Both the position numbers and the translations under genes were made by a program. A stretch of DNA of 41,578 nucleotides from a virus (Duplodnaviria > Caudoviricetes): IMG/VR virus record IMGVR_UViG_3300029171_000018, positions 1 to 41,578 of that record, one strand, 5' to 3'. The notes under the pieces are model-generated. The model made no database searches. It was not told the origin of the DNA and saw only the letters and a list, made by a program, of their open reading frames with translations. Below, piece after piece: positions 34,380 to 41,578 of this stretch (the stretch's first letter is position 1; every line of letters starts with the position of its first letter).

Positions 34380-35600
34380 ATGCCAGTAGGAATTGAAACA
34401 GCGTTTGGTGAACTTGGGGCTCTCTCCAAGCAAATTTATGATACCGGCGTGATTGATCAGGAACAACGTTTGACAATCACTTACGATGAACTTCCAACCA
34501 AGAATTGGAACATTCGAGGTAACGGTTGGTTTGGAGATGCACACTTAGTCCGTTCTTCCAGTTTCAAATTCGCTGCTGAGACTGCTCCTTTGGCTCAGGA
34601 TACTACTGAAACTTCTCAACAGTTCACGATCACGAACGTTGAAGAGTTTGGTAACGTAACCTTCACCAAGAACTTTCTCACCAAACTGATTGGTGGAGTG
34701 ACCTCTTTCGAAGATTACACTTACAAGATTGAAGATCTTCAGAAGTCTTGTAAAAAGAACTTGAATCAATCCTGCTACATTGGTCCTCGCAATATTCGAG
34801 CCACTGTTGCTGCTGGAGTTGTTGGTTCACCTACCTTCACAATTTCTTCAACCCAGTATATTTTCAACGGCATGTTTGTAGATTTCTACAATGCTGCTGC
34901 AACGACACTGGTTCAGAACAACGTTCAGATCACAGCGATCAATGGTAATACGATCAGCGTGACTCCGAACGTGACTTTGTCGGCTGGTGACACGATTTTC
35001 TTACATGAAGAGAATTTGGCAACCACGACTGGCCTTGGATTCAATTCAATCCCTGATCAATGCGACGACGGCACTGACTTCCCAGTAGTTTTTGAAGGAA
35101 TCAGCCGAACTACCTTTCCTGGATGGAGAGGTAACCGAATTGACGCTTTGAATCAGGTTTTAACCAACGATTTACTCCAAAAAGGTCAAAACACGATCTA
35201 TGAAGTTGGTGGAAATGATTATATGACTGAAGATTATGTGAACTTTGTCCACATGAACTCAGTTCGTCGGTATATTTCGATCATTCTTCCTCAAAAGCGC
35301 TACATTGACGCTTCCAAGTACGATTCCGGCATGGAGAAACCCAATATGCTGGAATGGAACGGCAAGCCGATCGTGATCGACCCCGATTGCGGCAAGAACG
35401 ATTGGATCATGTACAACAGGACTCATGGCGGTAAGATGGAGATTGCTCCTTTGGCTCTTGAGTCGATGTTTGGTGGCACTTCGATGAAGTGGAAAAGTGG
35501 TTACATGCAGGGAGTGAGTGTAATGTACTACTCTGGCAACTTAGGAACCAACAAGTGTAACTCGAACTTGATCTTTAGAAATCTGCAACCTGTATCTTAG
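34380..35600 (+). CDS. Major capsid protein
   Basis: 406 aa, GAGGAGG RBS; G.PIVIDPDC-like HK97-fold C-terminus; position. Confidence 0.85.
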   Translation: MPVGIETAFGELGALSKQIYDTGVIDQEQRLTITYDELPTKNWNIRGNGWFGDAHLVRSSSFKFAAETAPLAQDTTETSQQFTITNVEEFGNVTFTKNFLTKLIGGVTSFEDYTYKIEDLQKSCKKNLNQSCYIGPRNIRATVAAGVVGSPTFTISSTQYIFNGMFVDFYNAAATTLVQNNVQITAINGNTISVTPNVTLSAGDTIFLHEENLATTTGLGFNSIPDQCDDGTDFPVVFEGISRTTFPGWRGNRIDALNQVLTNDLLQKGQNTIYEVGGNDYMTEDYVNFVHMNSVRRYISIILPQKRYIDASKYDSGMEKPNMLEWNGKPIVIDPDCGKNDWIMYNRTHGGKMEIAPLALESMFGGTSMKWKSGYMQGVSVMYYSGNLGTNKCNSNLIFRNLQPVS

Positions 35601-35601
35601 T

Positions 35602-36135
35602 ATGATTGAAGTTCTGGAAGTTTATCCTGTACCGCCACCGGAGTTTTGCGCTCGGCTTCACGCGTATGACAGAGATTTGTGCTTGAATTGGGACCCGACT
35701 CACAAGGTTTGGGCGATCTGGCACAAGGATCCGTATGACGGGTCTATGAATCACGTTATGAACGTTGTTGACCCGAATGGCTACGCAGCTCCGTTGGACG
35801 GGAGGGTTTTTCAGATTTTAGATAGGAATAGGTATTTCGCTAAGCATCCTGAAGAGCTTAGCGAGAAGGTTGTTGGTAAGGTTGAGGAAGACATTCAGAA
35901 GGCGGAAGCAACGATCCATGACAATTTTAAATATGTTGCACGTGACACCACTTTGAAGAGGAAGTGGGCTGAAGTTGTCGACACTTTTAAGAAGATTGAT
36001 TGGAATGAATGGACGAAGCCAAAGCCTCTTAAAGATCCGAATACTGGAGAGTATTTAAAGAACGTATCTGGCGAGGTAATTAAGTTTAAGCCGCACGCAT
36101 CGATTCAAGAAGACAAAAGGAAACCAGTGATATGA
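35602..36135 (+). CDS. Hypothetical protein
   Basis: Follows the major capsid gene. Confidence 0.65.
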   Translation: MIEVLEVYPVPPPEFCARLHAYDRDLCLNWDPTHKVWAIWHKDPYDGSMNHVMNVVDPNGYAAPLDGRVFQILDRNRYFAKHPEELSEKVVGKVEEDIQKAEATIHDNFKYVARDTTLKRKWAEVVDTFKKIDWNEWTKPKPLKDPNTGEYLKNVSGEVIKFKPHASIQEDKRKPVI

Positions 36136-36698
36136 GAATTTACAATCCAACGATTGAAACGATTGTGGGGGCTTATGATGGGGTTAATTACTATATTTCG
36201 CCGGGGCACACGTTATCTCTCAGCAATGAAACTGCGAATTGGATTTTATCTCATAATAGGGATCGTGGGCTTGTTGAAATTAATCCACCAAGTCCGTTAC
36301 CTGATGGGTTTAATCTTCAAAACTACATTGTTCGTAAAAGCATGGAAGGCCTTGAGAAGTATATTATCATGCAGGAAGGCCGTTTAGAGAGCTACATCAA
36401 CCTCGATACAGAGCTTAAGGCTCAAAATGTTTATGGCACTGTCCTTAAGCAGAAACCTGTTAAGGAAATTACTAGAAACATTGAAATCGCGATGGCGACG
36501 ATTAAGGAATTAGAAGCTAAGTATGGATTCTCAATTATGAAGAGCGATGTTGAGGAGAAATCCAAGATAATCACAAGCTCTATTGAGACGACACTTGCGC
36601 TGTTTGAGAATGATGTTGAAGCTCAGAGTAAGGCTAACGAACAAGAGAAAGAACTGAATCAGCTTATTAAAGAAATGATTCCTACAATGCAGGCATGA
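36132..36698 (+). CDS. Hypothetical protein
   Basis: ATGA-coupled. Confidence 0.65.
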   Translation: MRIYNPTIETIVGAYDGVNYYISPGHTLSLSNETANWILSHNRDRGLVEINPPSPLPDGFNLQNYIVRKSMEGLEKYIIMQEGRLESYINLDTELKAQNVYGTVLKQKPVKEITRNIEIAMATIKELEAKYGFSIMKSDVEEKSKIITSSIETTLALFENDVEAQSKANEQEKELNQLIKEMIPTMQA

Positions 36699-36704
36699 TT
36701 ATGT

Positions 36705-37400
36705 ATGGGCGCTTCACTCTATCAGCTTCGTTTAAACACGTTCGTAAACTTGAACGATGTTTCTAATGTTCTTGCAGCAACCGCTGAAAGATACAGGGTT
36801 GATTTTGCAAATATTGTTATTAACAACGCCCTCCAGCATTACGTAAAAATTCTAAACGCTAATTATCAAGGTTACCTTTCGCGAGACTACTCACTCGATT
36901 TGCTTGCGAACGTGAGAGAGTACACTCTTGATTCTACATTCCGAACTCCGGTCTACGAAGTTCGACGAACTATTAACCAAGTCAATTTCTTCCTCGACGA
37001 GTTTGCGTCATACAATCAGATCGTTTCAACTGTTCCGGTTCCGAACGAAGAGTGGATCCCTACGTGGCATTTGGAAGATCAGAGGATTGTGTTCAATATG
37101 TTCCCTGCTGCGAACGAGATTGCTGGGGTTATTATCAAGCATCAAAAGAAAGTGACTCCTTTAGTCACGGATACGGATGAGATCGGGGATGACCTTTATG
37201 AATTGGAGGATTGTGTCGTTTTGAAGTCTACAATTCGGTTACTTCGTGCTAAAGATGTTTCAGGAGCGTTGAAGGGGATTAGCAGTTGGGAGACTGAGCT
37301 TAAGGAAGCGGAAGCGGCGTTGTGGATGCAGGCAGGCAAGCGACATGTTAAGCCTGATAGACCTATCCCGATTGCTATTGAGGATAATTTTTATATTTAG
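36705..37400 (+). CDS. Head-tail adaptor (tail tubular A-like)
   Basis: N-terminal helices INNAL, ANVREYTL, F.MFPA pattern; position. Confidence 0.65.
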   Translation: MGASLYQLRLNTFVNLNDVSNVLAATAERYRVDFANIVINNALQHYVKILNANYQGYLSRDYSLDLLANVREYTLDSTFRTPVYEVRRTINQVNFFLDEFASYNQIVSTVPVPNEEWIPTWHLEDQRIVFNMFPAANEIAGVIIKHQKKVTPLVTDTDEIGDDLYELEDCVVLKSTIRLLRAKDVSGALKGISSWETELKEAEAALWMQAGKRHVKPDRPIPIAIEDNFYI

Positions 37401-37408
37401 GAGGAGTT

Positions 37409-37741
37409 ATGGCCGGGACACCAGTCACAGCTTGGAACGCGTTAACTAGCGAGCTTTTACAAAGTGATGGAAGAAGTGTGGCGATTGCAGGTACTGCTGA
37501 GCCATTATCTCTCCAATCTTTTGGGTGCCATGAAGTTCTTATTCAGGCCAAGGAAACAAACACTGGGAAGATTTATATTGGTGGGCCAAATGTTGCAAAC
37601 AATGGCACGAACGGTATCGTGTTAGTCGCGCCTACCGTTGGGGCACAGCCTCCTTCTATTTCTCTTTCTGCTCAAAACTTAAACGAGATTTGGCTTAATG
37701 CCACTGTAGGTGGTGAAGGTGTTGTCTTTATATGGTGGTGA
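37409..37741 (+). CDS. Small beta-sandwich virion protein
   Basis: VLIQA..TNTG.IYIGG...G..L pattern; AGGAGG RBS. Confidence 0.6.
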   Translation: MAGTPVTAWNALTSELLQSDGRSVAIAGTAEPLSLQSFGCHEVLIQAKETNTGKIYIGGPNVANNGTNGIVLVAPTVGAQPPSISLSAQNLNEIWLNATVGGEGVVFIWW

Positions 37742-37781
37742 TTTTTTGATATTTTAATTATTATTTTAAAAAGGAGAAATT

Positions 37782-40136
37782 ATGCCTCCATCAACAAGTT
37801 ATAAATTAAGAGGAGATGGTTTACCATTAGCGATTGTTGATGGTGGGACTAATTCCGGGACAGCATTAATCAATAATCAGTTGATGAAGTCAAGCGCTGG
37901 AGCGATTGTTGAAGCTGGGGCGTTAACTGATGGGCAATTATTTATTGGGTCTACAGGGGCAGCTCCAGTCGCGGCTTCACTTACAGCCGGCGCAAACATA
38001 ACGATCACTCCTGGTGCTGGCACAATTACTATTGCAGCATCTGGCGGTGGTGGCGGAGTAAGCGGTAGCGGCACAGCAACTCAGATAGCTTTTTGGAGTG
38101 CGGCAACTACGATTGCTGGGGACAATGATCTTTGGTGGGACAATACTAACAAACGATTTGGTGTAGGGACAAGCACTCCAACAGCTAAGATTAACGTTGT
38201 TGAGACAAGTCAGATTTTGATTGGTAGTAAAACCATGGGATCTTTTGTTTTGACGGTAGATCCTACGGCAAACAGTCTGGCCACGTTCAATGCTGGCCTT
38301 TTCAATACTGAAGTTGACACAGCCAACACTTTCAATATCGCAACATTATTTGGTCTTCGAGGTGGAGTAACTCATGCAGGCACGGGGACATTAACGAATG
38401 TTTTCGGCAGTTCTGGATTGATCATAAACTCTGACACTGGAGTTATGACCAATGCTGCGGCGTTGGCAGCGTCAATCAACAATACATCATCAGGGACAAT
38501 CACTAACGCTCAAGGCGTATTTGTAGATTCGCCTTTCAATGCTTCCGGAACGATTACAAATTTCCATGGCGTTTATGTTGAGACGCCAACTGCTGCTACC
38601 AACAACTACGGTGCTTATTTCGGCGCCAATGTTGGTATCAATGAATTGGCTCCTGTCACAGCGTTGCACATCACTGGCGCAAGCAATGATGAGTTTATTC
38701 GCTTAGGGATCACTGGAGACACTGCTGGTATCTTTGCAGGTTCGGCAGACCCGAACGGATCAGTCACGGGGCAGCGCGGCTCTATCTTCTTACGCACCAA
38801 CGGCTCAGTTTACGTCAACACTGATGATGCAATGACTTGGGCAATACTTTCCTCTGGCGGTCTTTCTGGAGCAGGTGTTGCTGGACAAGTGACCTTCTGG
38901 ACTGGCGCTTCTTCTCTATCTGGAGACAACGATCTTTGGTGGGATAACACGAATAAGTTTTTAGGCGTTAATACCATTACGCCAGCAGATCTTGTGGATA
39001 TTGAGGGAAGCACTTCAGCAGGGCTCGTGGTTTCTGCGCACATGAGGCTTGGAACTAATTCTTCCCTTACTCCTGTTGATCCAAATGCAATCCTTTTTGT
39101 TTCTGAAGATTTTGCTACAGGGTTTCAAGGGAACTTTATTTTTCAATTATCTACTCTCACCCCAGCGGGTGGAGGTACTGATTTCTGGGTTAACCAAGAC
39201 AATCAAGTCATTGTTGCTGATGATGCAGTGAATGGATTTGATTATGTCAGGATGTACAGCGCTTATTTGCAGAATAATAATACCATTGGTGGTAATGAAC
39301 TAACCGGCGGATTCATCCAGGTTGTGCATCAAGTGGCATCTACTGTTGGGACAATCCATGGCTTTAGAGTGGATGTAAACTATTCTGGCGGCCTCGGCGG
39401 AGATGTTGGTGTTGTTTATGGTATCACTTCAAGAAATAACCCGCCGTCTTCAAACTTCACAGGGACAAGTTATTCTTTCCATGCTCAAAGCATGGACGAT
39501 AGTGTGGGTACTAATTACGCATTTTTTTATGGGGATTTTAATGACACAAATCCGTCATGTATCGATGTAGATGGTTACATTGGGATAAAAACTCCAAATC
39601 CTATTTGTCCTGTTCAAATTGGGGACCCCACTAACCCATTCTTCTTTGGAGATGATCTTTTCCAGAGATTTCATTCTTCTGTAGCGGATATTGGGCAATG
39701 GACAGGCGCTACCAATCCTAATGGAGCTTTGGATATTACAGGGGTTGCAGGACCTGGTTCTATTTACTTTAATGCAACCAACCAAAACATCCATGTCAAT
39801 ATCGATGGCGCTCAACAATGGGCGGCGATTTGTCCTGAGACTTTTGAGACTGCCGCGAGTGCGAATGATTTGGTTCTGACTTCGAGTTCAAGAAACTTCA
39901 GTATTAGCGGAGTAACGCAAATCAATGCAATCACGATTGGCGATTACACGCCTGGCACGCATATCACTTTGATCTTCCAGGGCGCGTTAACGGTTAAAAA
40001 TAATACAGCTGGTGGAGCAGGAACTGCCGTTATCTTTTTGGCTGGATCAGTAGACATGACAACTGCGGCGAACACTGTTTTGGGATTGGTTTATGATGGC
40101 ACTCAATTCCAAGAGACATTTAGAAAGGGAGCTTAA
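37782..40136 (+). CDS. Tail fibre/adhesin-like protein
   Basis: 784 aa, Gly/Thr/Ala-rich; two GDNDLWWDNTNK modules and GIxTxxP repeats. Confidence 0.8.
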   Translation: MPPSTSYKLRGDGLPLAIVDGGTNSGTALINNQLMKSSAGAIVEAGALTDGQLFIGSTGAAPVAASLTAGANITITPGAGTITIAASGGGGGVSGSGTATQIAFWSAATTIAGDNDLWWDNTNKRFGVGTSTPTAKINVVETSQILIGSKTMGSFVLTVDPTANSLATFNAGLFNTEVDTANTFNIATLFGLRGGVTHAGTGTLTNVFGSSGLIINSDTGVMTNAAALAASINNTSSGTITNAQGVFVDSPFNASGTITNFHGVYVETPTAATNNYGAYFGANVGINELAPVTALHITGASNDEFIRLGITGDTAGIFAGSADPNGSVTGQRGSIFLRTNGSVYVNTDDAMTWAILSSGGLSGAGVAGQVTFWTGASSLSGDNDLWWDNTNKFLGVNTITPADLVDIEGSTSAGLVVSAHMRLGTNSSLTPVDPNAILFVSEDFATGFQGNFIFQLSTLTPAGGGTDFWVNQDNQVIVADDAVNGFDYVRMYSAYLQNNNTIGGNELTGGFIQVVHQVASTVGTIHGFRVDVNYSGGLGGDVGVVYGITSRNNPPSSNFTGTSYSFHAQSMDDSVGTNYAFFYGDFNDTNPSCIDVDGYIGIKTPNPICPVQIGDPTNPFFFGDDLFQRFHSSVADIGQWTGATNPNGALDITGVAGPGSIYFNATNQNIHVNIDGAQQWAAICPETFETAASANDLVLTSSSRNFSISGVTQINAITIGDYTPGTHITLIFQGALTVKNNTAGGAGTAVIFLAGSVDMTTAANTVLGLVYDGTQFQETFRKGA

Positions 40137-41561
40137 TGGCTTCAACTCTTTATAAATTACGTGGTGACGGAATCCCTTTAAACATCGCTGACGGCGGCAC
40201 TAATTCTGGGGCAGCTCTTAACAACAATAGGCACATGCAGTCTGTTGGGGGCGCGATCGTAGAAGCCGCAGCGTTAACTGATGGGCAGCTGTTTATAGGA
40301 TCAACAGGAGCGGCTCCTGTTGCAGCATCCCTTACGGCAGGAACTAATATTACTCTAACGCCAGGTGCAGGCTCTCTAACGATCTCTTCAACATCTGGAG
40401 GAGTTGGCGGTTCTGGAGCGGCAGGGCAAGTGGCGTTCTGGTCAGCGGCAACTACTTTATCTGGGGATAATGGGCTTTGGTGGGATGATGTCAATAAGCG
40501 TGTAGGGATTGGTACTATATTACCTGATTATAATTTAGAGGTCCGTGGGAACACTACCGATGATGTATTCGGGAATTATCCAGCAGGAGTCGTCAGGAAT
40601 GAAGCGATAGAGTCTTTAGCAACAATAGATGCACTTTCTTTTGCTGCTGGGGCATTTACTGTTGATGCGTTTGTTTCAGCCTGTGGGAGAACAGACCAGG
40701 CGATTACAGGCAACCTTGCTGGTGGAGCTATTGGGACAAGATCAGGGCATCCTTTGTTTATTGCTGCTGGCGGACAAGATGTAGCTGTTTTTTCTACAAC
40801 CAAGAGGTTTGGGGTAGCATTAGATGATACCGTTCTACCAACTTACAAAATACAAGCACAACTAGAGGCCTCGGAGGATGGGCTTGTTTTGCAAGGTGGT
40901 ATTATTGGCATGGTTGGATTTGAATCTAATGATGGTGCAACAAGGTATTGGACGGCGGGGGCATACTATAATTCTTTCAGTCAGTTTGTTATAGCAGAAG
41001 GGCCAATTTCATCAGCTACGGCATTTCCATTCACAGCGACTTATGATGGTGCGAATGGGAAAATTGGTTTATATCAATTACAACCACAATATGTAGTTCA
41101 TCTTCAGAGGGACACCACTTCACTTACAGACGGGGTTTACCCTTCGTTCATGTCTGAAAATGGTACGTCTGAAGGAATAGCGGGTTTTCAAGTGAGGGCA
41201 CGGGATAGTCTTGGCAGTGCTGTTGAAGGGGTCCTGTGGGCTGTGGGCTCTGATGCAGTGACGCAAACAGGGTTAGAGCCTGGCGTTGTATTAGGGTCTG
41301 CTTCTGGTTATCCTTTATACTTTGCAATGGGCCCTAGCGATATCGCGGTTTTTGATACCAGTGGAAATTTTGGTATTGGTCTTGCTGATGGGGTATTCCC
41401 TTCAGCGCGAACACATATTATTCAGCCTGCGGTTGCTCCAGTTCTTTATTTGGAGCAAACTCAAAGCAGTGAGTTTATTCGGCTTCAGGGAACTGCTGCG
41501 GTTGGAGACTTAAACCAGCCCATAGTGGCAGCAGGGATAGTCACAACTGCTACTACATCGG
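40136..41561 (+). CDS. Tail fibre/adhesin-like paralogue, 3'-truncated
   Basis: First ~125 aa paralogous to 37782; the apparent stop lies inside the primer tag. Confidence 0.8.
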
Positions 41562-41578
41562 GATCGTGACTGGGAAAC
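41562..41578 (-). other. Random-amplification primer tag, library artefact
   Basis: GATCGTGACTGGGAAAC is the exact reverse complement of 1-17. Confidence 0.9.

Noticed and set aside
37782-41561. Diversity-generating retroelement or invertase-driven fibre switching
   Set aside because: No reverse transcriptase or recombinase ORF recognised; the repeats are direct and diverge at synonymous sites rather than only at adenines

Overview
Near-complete (~41.6 kb) genome of a tailed dsDNA phage with podovirus-like gene organisation. It is opened inside its tail-fibre cluster and bounded by random-amplification primer sequence (GTTTCCCAGTCACGATC), so the ends are artefacts. The + strand carries the late module (27.0 kb to the end, then 1-11.3 kb): TerS, TerL, HNH nuclease, portal, scaffold, major capsid protein, adaptor, several modular fibre proteins, an M15 peptidase endolysin, a nozzle-like protein, ejection proteins and a holin-like gene. 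The - strand (11.3-25.9 kb) carries the early/replication module: a RecQ-like pseudo-helicase, a Toprim primase-NTPase, an SSB-like protein, an orphan IS3 OrfA-like HTH, an SNF2 helicase with a mini-intein, YopX, VRR-NUC, RHH regulators and many small Cys-rich genes. I recognised no integrase, DNA polymerase, canonical tRNA or CRISPR array. The best novelty candidates are a 149-nt structured RNA with nested tRNA-elbow-like modules and GGA loops (20342-20490), an unannotated secreted CX3C-X9-CX3C peptide just downstream, a motif-dead RecQ-like protein, and module-shuffled accessory genes. All family assignments are by eye; no searches were run.
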